64,000 bases of DNA from Guillardia theta CCMP2712 (lineage: Eukaryota > Protista > Cryptophyta): contig NW_005434667.1 of NCBI RefSeq assembly GCF_000315625.1, positions 983,061-1,047,060 on the forward strand. Direction: 5' to 3'. How positions within the stretch are numbered: the stretch's first letter is position 1; each line of letters opens with the position of its first letter. This document shows positions 23,101 to 36,597 of this stretch, in pieces. A program made the translations under genes and the position numbers. The notes under the pieces are model-generated. The model worked only from the letters and a program-made list of their open reading frames with translations, was not told the DNA's origin and ran no database searches.

Positions 23101-26100
23101 CATTGAGTCGACCTTACAGCTGCGACGGAAGGGTCGGGAAGTAGTGCAATCAACTTTGACATCCAATGCGTTAGATAAGATTTGCCTCCCGCACCATCGT
23201 TGTCAACAACAAACATGCAGACTTGTCTCAGCGCCTCTGCACTCTTGTGAAATGGTCAGGAAGAAGCACTTCCAAACAAGTTAGGAACCTGCTCCACAAG
23301 GCCATTGTGAGAAGTGGCGAAAATGATCAGGAACAGATCCTAGTTTGCAGTCTGCTTAGAATCAATACAAGATGTTATAAACGAGCTTACATCTACAATC
23401 TTGTCGAGGAGTTCTTGATCTAGACAATCTTTCTGGAACGAAGATCGCTTGCACAGACTTGACAGCAAGAACGCAGACTCTTTCAAAGTCAACCAACAAG
23501 CTCTCTGTGAACATAACTCCAGGTTGGAATTTCTGGAGAAGTCTTGTTGACGATCTTCATCATCCATCAATTCGAATTCGTCCGGCGAGAGATTCTCGTT
23601 CATCATGCCAGCACAGACCAACTCGTCGTCTAGCAAACTCTTAGCGGTCTGCACGATCTCATGTGTTGTGTTGAGCAAGAGCTGGTAGATTTGTTTGTTT
23701 TCTTTCAAGATCGAATCATAGGAACCAGAGTCCAGGAGAAGACGGGTTGTCAATATGTGACCGTGAATGAACCCTCGCTGTTGAAAGTGACGCATCACTG
23801 AGTCTCGTCCGTCGTCGCAACTCTGCACAGACAGCAATGGCCAATGACTTATGGCGTTCACTGTCTTCATGATTTTCGATTCGAATGTCTTGGACATGTT
23901 TTGATCGAGGTCTGACTTTAAGGAAGAGCTTTCCTAGGAATGCAGATATCAGACTTGAGCAATATCTACAACATGTTCTTTCACCTCAAGCTGCTTCAGA
24001 ATGTAAGAAGTCTTGAGAATCAAAGCTCCGCTACTAGCATCTCTTGAATTCAAACTTGTAACAAGCCTACTCCCGATGACTTCAAGTCGCTCGAATTGCC
24101 TTTGATTAACAAACTCCTCCTTGTACAGAGGAATCAGTCTGTCAAGAAACGTCAGAGCAATCGAAGGCACCAAATCGATCGCATTTCCTTGAGATGATAC
24201 ACGATGCCTTCTGTCGTATAGAGTCGAACATGTGTAACAAGCACATCGATAGACTTGTCAGCAGATCAGGTGTGAACATACGATCCAAAGTTCTCTTCGT
24301 GTTCTCTTCCAAGGCGGCTAGTTGCAACATTCGATCATCGGGTGCGGCAGAGCTCGAGGGCAGCCAAACATCGAGGATGAGCATCATCAACTCAAGCGCG
24401 ACTGTCGCAGGAAGTCATCGCAAGCATTAGAGCAGAATTAAGAGAATTACAGTCTTTCCTTGCCAGACCAGTTCCTGCCGAAGTTTTGATCCAACCAGGA
24501 ATCGTTTGAAAGAGCCATCTGAATATGTCTTCGCCCTCTCCTTCGCTCTTCTCGACATGACCTGCTCCTTCATCATACATTGTATTGGAGAAACCTCTTT
24601 GATATCTCACTTTTCTTCTGCTGTCTTCGGTATTCTATCCTGCACAGGGGCAGCACTTTTGCGATGATTCCCAAGACCTTCACAAGGCTTGAGAGGCAAG
24701 ACGGTCATGCTCTCTTCACCTTCCTCCGACTCGCCCGTGACGGATTGTCACACTCAAACAGGATGGCAAGACGGAGACGCGAGACGTCGAGGTCGTTCAG
24801 TCTGCGGCTGGGCATCTCAATTCAGCTCACAGCTAAAAACTCCAATGACATCACCGACCGGCTGCTCAACACGGGAAAGAAGATCGACTCCAACGCCTGA
24901 CATGTTCGGATGAGCACACATGATCGACACATAGGTGAGGAAATGAACACCTGGATTCGGATCTCTGAGCTGGCACATGAGATTGCTCCTTGAATCAGTT
25001 CTTGATCTCTCGCTCTTTCCTTGTTCCCCTCCTCCTCCTCCTCCTCCTTGTCCATCTCCAGATATCCAGACGGAGGAAAGTCGACAGCCCGATGCTTCAG
25101 GATGGTCAATTTTGCCCAAAGAATTCTCTCATGCATATCCATCTTCGTATCTTCATCAGCATCATTCGAAAGGGATTCGTAGTCCGCAAGAATGCTCTCA
25201 AACCCTCTCAGAAGACTTTCTGCAAAGTGGGGGATCTGATGAACAAGTCGTTGCAAGACAAGAGTGGATACGAGTTCACGATGTTTGTAATGAAGTAGCA
25301 ATCTGACAGTGGGGTGCAGCCACATTTCCGAACATAAATCATGATTTTTAGCAAGATCATCACTCGAACATGACTCCAAAAAGCGTTTTGCTGCAAATGC
25401 ATGAGACGGTGAATCAGTAAGAGTAAAAGCTTCTTCGATCAATATTTTGAAGTGACTCAAGCTGGGCAGATTCCAAAATTGTCCATCGGATGACAACTTA
25501 TCAACCAACGCGCTCAGGAGTAAAAACTTACCCTTCTGCAAGGAGTTCATATTCTATTAAATGCCGTCAACGAAAACCAGACAATCGCCTCACTTACCAA
25601 ACATCTCACCAAGATTGCATCATCGTTCCACAGATCAAATATTCTTGACTTGAATTCTTCATGAAAGAGATCGCTTGCAAGAATGGCATTTCTCATTTTC
25701 AGTGTGTCAAGGAAAAACTCTCTGATCTGTCAGGACAGTTAGCGTACGAGTACATCACAAAAGATGCAAATTTGTGGGCAAGAGGATACTCACGCGATAT
25801 TGCAGTGGACCGGATGAGACTGCATTGCTATACCTCGCCATGATACGGAAGGATTCATACATCACAGAAGAAACATTGACGTCGTGAAATATCTCATACA
25901 GAGAACATGCGTCGTCATTCAAGTTGTTTTGGTGAATTGTTGCAGAGAGCGTTCGAACAAAGAGTGACAGTGTCTGAAATAGTTCTCGCACTTCGCTCTC
26001 CTGAGAGACTAGATCTGCAAATTTCACAATCCAGTCCCACAAGCGATTGTCTGGACTTTCACTGTCAGAATTGAAAAAGGACACTTCTTCCGAGGCCATG

Positions 26101-27128
26101 AAAGATTGAAGGAGACAGATAGAACCATAAATGCAACTCTTCTTTCTTATCTCAGGAATTTTAACATTCAATCCTTGAGACTCCAGCGTTCGCGTTGTTT
26201 TCAGTGCATCAATTTTTCCACTACATGAATTGCTTAAAAGTTCATAGAATGAATATTTCCAGCTTTCAGCTGCAAGAGGGCAATGGCTCTTAATCAACTT
26301 AGTCAGCAGCACTGAAGAAGTCTTCCTCAGTTCTTGGGAGAAATTATCATTCTGCAAGGCATAGTTCGCTTGATGAAAGAGCTTGTCAAACGTGCTTGGC
26401 TCAAGGCGACATGATTCGCTGTCGTCGAACTTTGATGCAGCTGTCAAAGAGGAAAGATCAAGCAGACCAATGCAAACCTGCATCTTTTTGTGAATGTCGT
26501 CTTGCAAAACTTCTGGCTGTCTGTTGCATGTGACAAGATCCTTTTCAAACATCTCTACCAACCGTGAGAAAATCCAACCCTTGTTCAAAGCAACCGCTTC
26601 TTTCAGAAAACTCCTCTGCTTCAATTTCAACAAGTTGCGGAACCCTATTTCGAAGAACCAATCCGTCTCATCGTTGTCTCTGCCCAATTGCAGCAATAAG
26701 GAGCAAGCTTGTACGAGGCATACCTCGTCAAACTTTGAAAGCACTTCAGATATTCTGTTTGTAAAGCAGCAACCTTCGTCTGCTGAGTAGATACCGAGAA
26801 GTGCCATGCCCGCAGATGTTTGCAAGGCTCGACATTTAGTCCATCCTGGAGGATTGGAATCTTCCTGTAGCTCAGCAATGAATTCATTGAGGATGACCTG
26901 CTGCTCTTTGATGGATTTGCAGTCTAAGAAGCTTGAGATACGCAAGGCAAGGCGTGAGCTTCCCATCAATCGCTGGCGGATCTCTGCAAGGCAAGGAATC
27001 CTCTGGACTGCTCCATGTTTCTGTATCCTCATGTTGAGCTTCGAGTTCCTGGTTCTTGAGCTTGTCCCCAGCACGAAAGCGAGAAGGATCAGCACTCTGA
27101 AGCACGTTCTGACCTCGAAGGCCTCCAT
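20150..27128 (-). CDS. THADA: THADA/Trm732 homolog (DUF2428, armadillo-like cofactor of the tRNA 2'-O-methyltransferase)
   Basis: Family motifs in order: RACWLTLKESAFLL, HNGLVEQ, RPFRRS|SQISHAITAILSVE, RLHALHVIRQILLHAK, ALSSQEWMIRNAANL; many exons. Alternative start at 27032. Confidence 0.8.
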
Positions 27129-27312
27129 TCAGGGGGTATCGTTCAGGTCGACGTTAGCAAGAGGAGGGGTCCAAGGGAGCTGGTCGACCTTCCGATGCAG
27201 CACATGGCGAACAGCAAGCAGATCTGGATCCTTTTGCCTTGGTCGCCCGTCGCCCCCCGTTCATTTCCACCGTACCATCCCATTACACGCCATTGCGACT
27301 GCTCGGCCCTGC

Positions 27313-28975
27313 ATGACGGAGGCAGTAAAGTTCACTTATAACGATGAAGAGAAGCAAAATAGCTGCCCCGAAGTTGCGCGCGGAATGGTCGGCATCACCA
27401 TCAAGCAGCTATCTGGTGGAGGAGCAGCTGGAGGAGCAGCTGGAGGGTCTCGATCATCGACTGCTGTCGCCAAATGCATATGGATGGAGGCGGCAAAGGC
27501 GGGAGGAGACCCTGCTGTTGCTGAAGGCATCGACAAGGAGAAGAACTGGAGGCAAGGGTACGTCGACCATGTCGTCAGAGTGATGATGCTCTCTGCGCTC
27601 TCTCGCTCGCACGTGAGGATACGCTGACATCTGTTCGACTTGTTTGTCACTCTCTGCATGGCAGGTACTCAAGACAGCGGCTGCAGGGCTCAAGGCAGCC
27701 CACGAGAGCTTCACGTTTGTTAGGGGAGACCAAGAGCTTCCGTTGGCTGCAGCCATGGAGCTGCATGCGCAGCACAAGTTTGTCACTGGAGTTGTCAAAG
27801 GAGGAGGTGCTCCTCATGCTCAGAGCGGAAGCTTTCCTCTGAACGGGAAGATGATGCCTGAGGACGACGCCAAGAGTCAAGTTCAACGATGGGCTGATTA
27901 CGGCTGCATTGAGGCTGATGCGGCGCAGGCGTTGAAGGAGTCCATCGACAGCGTCAACAAGATTGATCTCTCTCGTCACTGCTTCATCCTGCTGGGCGCC
28001 ACGTCGGAGCTGGGGCCCCTGAAGACGCTGATGCGCCACGGAGGCACTGCCATCGGAGTCTCTAGAAACTCTCCCAGCCGCTGGAGGAACCTGCTTGACG
28101 TCGTGAAGCAAGGCAGCGGACAGATCATTTTCCCTATGAACAAGGAAGCTCGTGATGAGGAGCAGAAATGCGAAGCTGCGGGGTGCGACCTCCTCGTGGA
28201 GACGCCGGAGATTCTGCAGTGGCTCAAGGAGGAGGCTATTTGCGACAAGTTCGACAGCGTCACTGTGGGCTGTTACTTGTACCTTGACGGGGAGGCTCAT
28301 GTCCGAGCAAGTGTGGCCATGGACCTGATCGTGACAGGACTTGTTGAGGAAGGAAAGAAGAAGGGAAAGAAAATCTCAGTTGCTTACCTCGGCTCTCCTT
28401 CGACGTGCGTAGCCATCCCTCAGGAATGCTATGATGCGAGCGTGAAGGCCCAGCACGATGCTCCTTTCTGGCAGAAGATGTTGTTCCTCAAACCCAAAGT
28501 TGTGGAGAAAGTCACGACGGACACAGGAGAGACGATTTATCTCAATAATGGTTTCGTTGTGCTACAAGGACCCAACTACGCCCTTGCCAAGACCCTGCAG
28601 ATGTGGAGGGCGATGCTGTTGCGAGAGGAAGAGAAGCTGATCGTGAGCACAAACATCGCTCCTGGTAGCAGAACGCTTTCTGTCACTCACAATACGGTGC
28701 TCTCATCGTGCTTGGACGGTCAGGGTCACTTCAAGCCGCTCCTGACGTTCGAAGCTCCGACGGCCTCAGAGGTTCTCGCGCTCCTGCTGCTCCATGATGT
28801 GTTTTCATCGTCCTCGATTACTCACCCTAGCAAGGCTCTCACCAACCCACTCCTGCTCTTTTCCAAGAAAGCTGTCCATGGAGGCTTGTGGCGATCGCCA
28901 TGGCAGCCGGAGTCCATCGGGACCGCTGCGTTCGTGCTCGGCAAGGTGTGGAAGTATCATCCGGAAGGATTGTGA
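27313..28975 (+). CDS. Conserved hypothetical protein with Rossmann-like segment, bacterial-like family
   Basis: Two exons (intron ~27613-27664); motifs NWRQGY, FILLGATSELGP, YLYLDGEAHVR, QGPNYALAK, HGGLWR. Confidence 0.75.
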
Positions 28976-29109
28976 TATCTCAACTCGCGCATTTGTGTCA
29001 GAGTGGCTTTACAGATTCATGTGGTCGCATCTCACTCTAGTGGTTAACAACTATTTCACAACGATTTTGTACACGACTCCATCCATCACACTTGCAGTCC
29101 TGCAGCCAT

Positions 29110-32100
29110 TCAGCCTGCTCCACCTCTCGACATCTCAACCTCACCGTTAGTGTCGACGCTCGACCCGCTCTCGTCCATGGATTGTCCGCTCATGCTCGAG
29201 TACTGCTGGAGAGCGCTGGAGGGGAAAGAGATGAGAAGCTCTTGCAACGCATCGGGCTGTACCTCTGATACTCTGCCTCTAGGTCGAGGCAGTCGTGCTC
29301 TATCGCCAGCTTCTCCTGGGACGGGGATCAGCTAGAGAAGAGTTTGAGAGCAGGTGCCCTGTGCTTCGCCTGCAACTTCTCGAAGAGATCGTTGATGGAG
29401 CTGAGGGTGTCGTTTTCCTGCGCCATGTTGTCCTTGATCTTTGAATTTGATGGCTGGCGGGAAACCAGCTGTTAAGAGGAGGAGGGTGCAAGCAGATTCT
29501 CACAGCCGGGATGCGGCGGTAGAGGGAGGACTTGGGGGCCTCGAGCTTGTCAAAGGAGCGACTTCCTCGAGACTCTCGGACGAGTTTCATGACAAGCTTC
29601 ATCTCTTGCTTCAGCTGGTCAATGATCTGCATAACAACGCGGAGGATCAAAAAACGACTAGGACAAGAAGAGTTCTCACCGAAGACCTCTCCCTGAGCTC
29701 CTCCTCAACGACCCGGATACCCTCGTAGATGATGTCAAACTTGACATGCAGCGTCAGGAATGACGGTTCTTGAAGTTGAGAATGAACCTGCTCTTGAGCC
29801 TGGCACAACTCTCTTGCGATCACCTCTGCCTTTAGTATGTTTCAGTTAACAGAACGTGTCGGTAGGAAGGTCAGGACCTCTGCAGAAATAGCTTTGAGCT
29901 GCAAAGTCTCTTCCTCCATCGGCTTCACAAGTTGCTGCGCTGCAGCCAATTGTTCTGCAAGATACCCTGTGACATGGCTGCACAGTAAACCTGAAATTAC
30001 CTTTCAAATTCTGTTCTTCTCGGTACCAAATAAGGAAATTTCTCTGGTAGAAGATTTCACATTTCACTTGCTTGAAAACGCATCTACAAAACATTGCCTG
30101 AAGGTGCTGCTTGTATTCGTCTCGCAATCTCTCTTCGATCTGTTTGACCTGAACACATACAGTCATTAATTTGACTCAGAGGTCAGGGATTTGAAGATTT
30201 GAAGATCTCCCATCGTCTGCTGAATTTGAGTACACAACAAAGTTCATGTGCTTAATACGATTGGAGGGTTGGTTTGCGGTCACCATATCCATCAACAGAA
30301 ATGGAGATATTTAGATCAAAGGTGACCTCTTCACTTGTCTTCGAGTTTTCTTCCAGGAGAGAATCTATTGATGCAACGTTGAGCACGAGAAGAAACCGAG
30401 GAGCTAAGGATCACCGATGGAGGCGAGGAGCTTGTGATTGCATTTCTCAACTTCTCCTTCCTGTTCAGTGTAAGTTCACATTTAAAGAGCTCACAGCTGC
30501 ATTCACCTCAAGGTTGCGATCGAAGCCCTGCTGGATCTCTTCGCCTGCCCAGATATCATGCCGCACAAGGATCTCTCGTCTAGCTCACCCATCCTTTCTC
30601 GAATCTCACTTGAGATTTTCCCAAATGCCTCAACAGGTCCTGATCGCTTAGGAGATGAGATCAGTAGGCGAGGCTCTTTCCTCACCATGTACATCATTCA
30701 ACAGAGTCTCGAAATTCTTGATGGTCTGAACCATCGACTCGACATCCTTAGACCATCGATGAATGGCGTTGTCCGTCTAATGGATACAAGTCAAGTCGAA
30801 GGTCTCATATTAAAGGATCTTGCAACCCTGGAGGTTTCAACCGACAGGCTCTTCATCAGATGCTTATTCTTGGCGCTGACCTGAAGGATTCAATGTCAAG
30901 GCAAGTTCTAGGTATAAGCCTTGTGACCTCAGCAAGGCGGGATTGCGCTTCGTCTCTTTCCCACTTGAGCGATTTGATATCGTTCTGGTACTTCTCTTCC
31001 AACAACTTGAGTTTGGTCTGAAAGAATCATTCACATTTAAAAGATCATTCAAATCTAGATAATTGCCTGCTCCTCTGAGAGTTTGGACTGGGCGGCTCGG
31101 AATTCACCTTCTTGCTCCTGCAAGGAATAAACGAGGCTGTCTGGAAATGCAGACAAGCCGAACCTGCATAAAAGAAACAAGCAATCTCTCTTTTTCATGA
31201 GACAATTGCTGCCTAGAAGACATTCTTTCAGCATACATGATTAGGAGAAGGTACACAACATCTCAAGGATATCTCGTTTATGCTGCAACTCCGATTCCTT
31301 CATTTCCTACACTTTGGTAAGAAGGACTAAATGTTGCCATCAAAGCAATACCCGCGTCAGATCCTCAATGTCTTTTGACAACTCTCCTGCTCGCGAAACT
31401 TCCTTGTCATACTGAATTTTCTGAAAGAGGGAGAATAAGGCCCCAGATGAAGAACGAAGAGCAGGCTCACCAGTCGCTGTAGGTCAGCCAAAGTAGCTTC
31501 GCAGTATTCCTCAGCTTGCTGTGCTCTCTTGTTCGCTAACTTTATTTCCTCCTGGAAAGTTTTTGCTCAGCTCGACTCTCTTATCTGTCAGTTCATTATT
31601 GATGTTGCTAAACCTGCTTGCGGGAATTCTCTGCAGAAACCAATTTCAACTGTAAGTTGAAGTCAATGCCTTTGGAACGAATTTAAACAAGGAAGCCAAG
31701 ATTACCTGTGCAGCCAACTCTTTGATTCTTTGATCAACATGCCATATCTTCTCCTCAGACTCTTTCGAACTGTATCTCCTGTCGTTGTCCGTTAGGCAAA
31801 TATCTCACACCTTCACCCGCTCCCACTTCGAAATCTCGCCAGCGGTAGAGACCAAGTGGATTCTTCTTATGGATTCCTTGACGAGAGTCAGACTCTTCTC
31901 GCACGTACACGTTTTATGTGAACGAATTACCATTTCCGAGTCGATGGAGATAGAGAGATTTTTTTGAACATGAGGTATCTCATCAATGTCCCCCAAATTT
32001 CTCAACTACAACAATAAAGTGAGAATTAGAACTGGCGACTTATGACATAGCATACTTGACTCTGCATTTCTGTAATTGACTTCTTCGACAGAGATCTCTG

Positions 32101-32697
32101 TGGCCATCGAACAATTGTCATTTAAAGGTTTCGATTCTCATAGGCATCACCTCCGAGGCATTGTCAAAGAGTTTTTGCAGTTCTGAATTTTTCTCTTGCA
32201 TTTCTTCCACGTACTTCTCCAGATCGTTTTGACCCTGTTCTTTAGATTTGGATACATCTTCAAGAATTTCCCTTTCTCTGGCATTCAAAACTTCTCGGAG
32301 AATCGTGAATTTCTTCCTTACGCTGTTGCTAAGCAAGTGACCTGTGATGAAAAGAGTTAGTCATTTCGACTAGCAGGTCAACCTTCACAAACTTACAGGT
32401 CTCGCTATGTTGATACAAAAGTTGTCTGGCTTCGCTCTGATTCAGTTCAATGCTTTCAATCACCTTACAACAGCATCAAACACTGACTGAAAGAAAAGAA
32501 GATTGGTCACATTTTGAATTTCGGTAAGTAGATCGGATCGGAGACGCTGGATCTCTTCCGCATCTAGTTGTTGATCTGTTCTGGCTCTTGTGGAGCTTTC
32601 TCTTCCTCCAAGAACTGTACAACCCTGATGTTACCTTCTACCTTCGCAAAGATCGCTACATCCACTCAATTTGTCTTCAGTCCTCACCTGTCGGCAT
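29110..32697 (-). CDS. Long multi-exon coiled-coil protein of unknown function
   Basis: E/K/Q/R-rich heptad exons separated by ~45-55 nt introns (some GC-AG), e.g. SNSVRKKFTILREVLNAREREILEDV and IIDQLKQEMKLVMKLVRE; Ser/Pro-rich tail ending SRGGAG*. Confidence 0.6.
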
Positions 32698-33343
32698 TGC
32701 GGTCACCTTTTTTTAAAGTTACATTTTTTAACTTTTACACGTCTGTACCGGGCCCGGTGCCGATCAGTGTCCGATCACACTCAGAGACTAGCGAACTCAG
32801 ATTGCCTCGGACTCAGGCATGATTCACTGAAGCAACTTGGCAAGTTGACGCGTGGATAGGAGGCAAACTGAGTCTGTTATGCCGCCGAAGCACGGTGGAG
32901 GACACTTTAGTGCAGCCGCTGGGACTGGACTCCGGGAGCTGTTCTCCTGCCAGGCTGGCCCGTTGCGACATCTCAGCTTGGCAGCCAGCCAGAGAAGATT
33001 GTCGTCCCCACGTCTGAAGAACTCATTGTTCAACACTTCCAAAAACAAATTAAAAACATTTGATGCCATGAAAGGAGGTGGGGTAATCACAAGAACCCCA
33101 AGGGTCGATAATAAAAAACCTACGAGATAAGGGGTAGTAGTTTATCCGAGTGCAGGTAGCACGCCGGTGGGTGATAGAACACAGGGGTGGGTCAGATTGA
33201 TGAAGAGGATGTAGTACTGGGTACTTAGGACCGCAATTGAGACTAGAGGATAGGGGTGTCATTACGTATAGGTGGGGTGGGTGCAAATTTGGGGCGGTAC
33301 CTCAAGGTGGGTGGTGGTGTTGCGAAGAGACGCGAGGGGTGGC

Positions 33344-34439
33344 ATGGCGGTAAGCTACGCCACCTTTGGCGATGAGGGGATGGGGAGTAGGAGGAGAGAG
33401 ACAAGAATGGAGGGGTATAAAGTCTTCCTGGTCTTTGGAGGGATGCTAGCTCTTGTTGCCTTTGGGATTGTTGCCCAGAGCTCTTCGTTGAGCAGAGCCC
33501 GACGAGTTGCCCTCAAGGAGGAGATCAACAACTACTCTGATTGGCTCAAGACCCTCAGTGGATCGAAGGAGGCCCCAGCTTCGTATACAGGAATTGAGGA
33601 TGAGCATGATGCCGACTTCGAGTCCCAGAGCGTCAAGCATAGTGGCATTTCATATCTCCTGCCAGGTGCTTTGCCCCAGAGCGAGGATATCGCAAAACTT
33701 CAAGGAGCAGATTTCGCCAATGACATTGTGAGTGAAACAAATCATGTGAGTTAGTGAATAGATGACATTTTTATGCAGAATCAACCGGACACGTCATCTG
33801 TGAATTCCCAGTCACCAATTGATAGCGTTCCACAACTCTTCGAGAAGTTCAAGACTGAGGTTTCTCAGGAGAGAGTTCTGTACAAGGACCTCAAGAGCAT
33901 TATGGATGCACACAAGCTTCCGAATCCTGAGTCACTTGTCGTCAAAGTTGCCGAGAGAGGTCCTCCAGGAGCTCCTGGGCCCCGCGGTCCCCGCGGCTTG
34001 CCTGGAGACGAAGGGGATCAAGGCCCCACTGGTCCTCCTGGGCCCCCTGGCGACGTCGGTCCTCGTGGTGTTCGTGGAGTCATCGGTGAGACTGGACTGA
34101 AAGGATTTCCGGGACCTCAGGGAAAACGTGGGTTTGAGGGACGCATTGGCAAGCGAGGACCGGTTGTACTTGTCTTTTGTTGTGCTGCTTCCGTTTGACT
34201 GGTGCTGATAGATGGGCTCCCCCGGAATTGACGGTCCTAAGGGCAGCCCAGGTCTACAAGGAGATCCTGGTCCTCCTGGTGTTCAGGTAGCCTCTGTATA
34301 TATTCACCCATCTCTTCTTACCGAACGCGCTTCTTTCGTGCAGGGCGACAATGGACCTAGGGGGTCTCAGGGCCCTCAGGGACCTCCAGGAAAGCCAGGT
34401 GCAAGTGGCCCATACAAGTATAAGTGGGTGATGGAATGA
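33344..34439 (+). CDS. Type II transmembrane collagen-like protein
   Basis: Short cytosolic N-terminus, TM helix ([18 protein letters not shown]), RARR, helical neck, then 39 uninterrupted Gly-X-Y triplets over three exons ending [10 protein letters not shown]. Confidence 0.88.
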
Positions 34440-34585
34440 AATGCTGGTTTTTGTATATTCTCAATGAACATTGGCACGAAGCAAAGAACTGGGCATCTAA
34501 TTTGTATTATGGTGTATCTTGTTCGTTCATTTTACTTATGTCACGCAGCTTATTACCTGTGTAGAGTTTAATCACTGGGATCACT

Positions 34586-36597
34586 TCAAAAAGAAATATT
34601 TGGTGTACCTCTGGTTTCCATCGAAACCTTTTTGAACGCTTCTTTTGCCAACTCATAATACTCTTGACGGATTTCAAATTCTTGGTGGGGTGGTTCTTTC
34701 GCATCAACAGTATTTTCTGTACTTTCTTTTGATGGAAAATCTATGTCTATCCAAGACTTTGAACCCACGTATGATGAAATGCCATTGGTCCTCCGCTCAT
34801 TATCTTCGTTGAAAAATTTGATAGCTGCCTCTTGAAGGTCAGGCATGCCCATGAAGATATTAAGCCATCTCTCATTTTCTTCTATTTCATCTCTGATTTC
34901 TTGTGCATCGCTTTCATCAAAAGTGAGATCCATTAGATCTAGATCCCTTTGATCTATATTCAATGATGTGATGTTGCCCATTTTCCTGGTCCGATCAAAA
35001 GCTTCTTCAACAGCATCCCAAGTCTATCAGTCAGGTCACGCCTGTAAATACAACAAGGAAAATTTACCTCTCGCAAAAAATGAGGGGAGTCCATCTGACA
35101 GATCGCTTCCCAAGTCTGCAAGTGGTGCGGGCTCAATTTGCTCCTAACAGCAGATCAACAGAGTCATTAGAGTACTTTTTGTTTTTGTTCTTCGTCAATG
35201 TAAGGATTGGCTGAGTCTCCCAGATCCGGGAAATCCTGCTCTGACGTCAAGGATGTTACATGCTCTAAGAATATGCGGACACCTTGGTTAGATTTTCGCA
35301 GGCAGATTTGAACGCAGGAAGATTTTTCGATATATTTTGGAACGATTCTTCACAAGTGAGATAGTATGCCTGATATGCATACAAGAATCAAAACCAATTC
35401 GAGATTCATCAAATTCTTTGCCTGACGTATTCGATCCTCGTCGTTCAGCACATTTTTTCCTTCAATTGATTCGAGGTATTTCCTGTTGGAACTTTTGTAA
35501 AGTATCAGCCAGAAGTCCAAAGACATACTTATTCTGAGCACGTTTCCATGCTAACTGTGCATAGACACTGCTTGATTCTTCAACTTCTTTCTCATCTGGA
35601 TCATTGTTAGTTTTGACTAAGCTTGGTAACACCTTCCTATTTCCAGTTTTTCCAGGACGCGAATGATGGAGAAATTTTTGATACCAAGAAATTCAAGGCT
35701 ATGTTCATTATCAAGCTTTTGGAGTTGTCGTCCATTGCAAAGAAGGATCTGTTTCTTAATGTCGTATCCCCTTGCTTGGTCTGCTATGGAAAGGTTGCTG
35801 TAATTGTATCTGTAGTAAGCTTCGTGCTCCCAGATCGTGTATTTCAATTGTCTCAACTGGCATTGTACATCTAGTCGCAAGAGATAATGACATCCGATAC
35901 TACTTTTGATGATGATGTCTACTTGAACTGGCATTTGCTTGTAATTCAACACGTAGTCAGGAAGGAGCTCAGGTCTTGCGCCGGGCTTTCCGATATCTAC
36001 AAGATGACTGGTCTTTTTCCAGCGTTCTACCTTTGGAACAATTTTGACCTGATCATTTGATGCCAATCCCAACCTTCGATTGCCTTCTGGCGTAGGATAT
36101 TTACGATCTAATTCTTCTAAGGTCCAGATTTTCCTGTAGCCGATCTTTGCTCTTTCAGGGTTTTGTGCACGTGCATTTTCAGCGTTCATAAGCTTCAATA
36201 GGTTTGTGGTATCGAGTTCACCCAATGCAGTTTCTAAGCCTCCTTCAATAAGTTTTCGCTGAGCAATCTCAACATCGTGCATAGCCCTGTGCTTCTTTCT
36301 TTTCAGCTCCTTGAGATTCAAGTGTGGGAGCACGTCCCTTTTCGTTTCTTCTTCCAAATTACAGACAGTTATGGTATCGTTGCCGTATCTATCGTCAAAC
36401 AAACCCAGCGTTTTCAAGGGTCTCTTTTTGACAGGATCTGGCTCCGGCACTTTCTGCTCGTGCATCAGCTCCTCTTGCAATTGTTGTACAGACTCATGGT
36501 TTGACGAGGAGTATGCGCTACTGTCGATCGAGGACGCCTTAACACAAACCAGCAAGATAACGAGCAAGAAACTCACATACGCTTTTCTTGTGCTCAT
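34586..36597 (-). CDS. Signal-peptide protein with internal ubiquitin-like domain and acidic C-terminal region
   Basis: N-terminus MSTRKAYVSFLLVILLVCVKA-SS; UBL pattern VDIIIKSSIG...LRQLKYTIWE...KKQILLCNGRQL...EHSLEFLGIKNFSIIRV; downstream exons end GTPNISF*. Confidence 0.65.

Noticed and set aside
26806-27312. N-terminal half of the 273-aa + strand ORF
   Set aside because: Antisense to THADA exon 1 plus spacer; the real gene most likely starts at ATG 27313.
32118-32336. TRIM/B-box protein call for the coiled-coil gene
   Set aside because: The segment resembles a B-box C-terminal coiled coil, but no RING or B-box Cys/His pattern was found.
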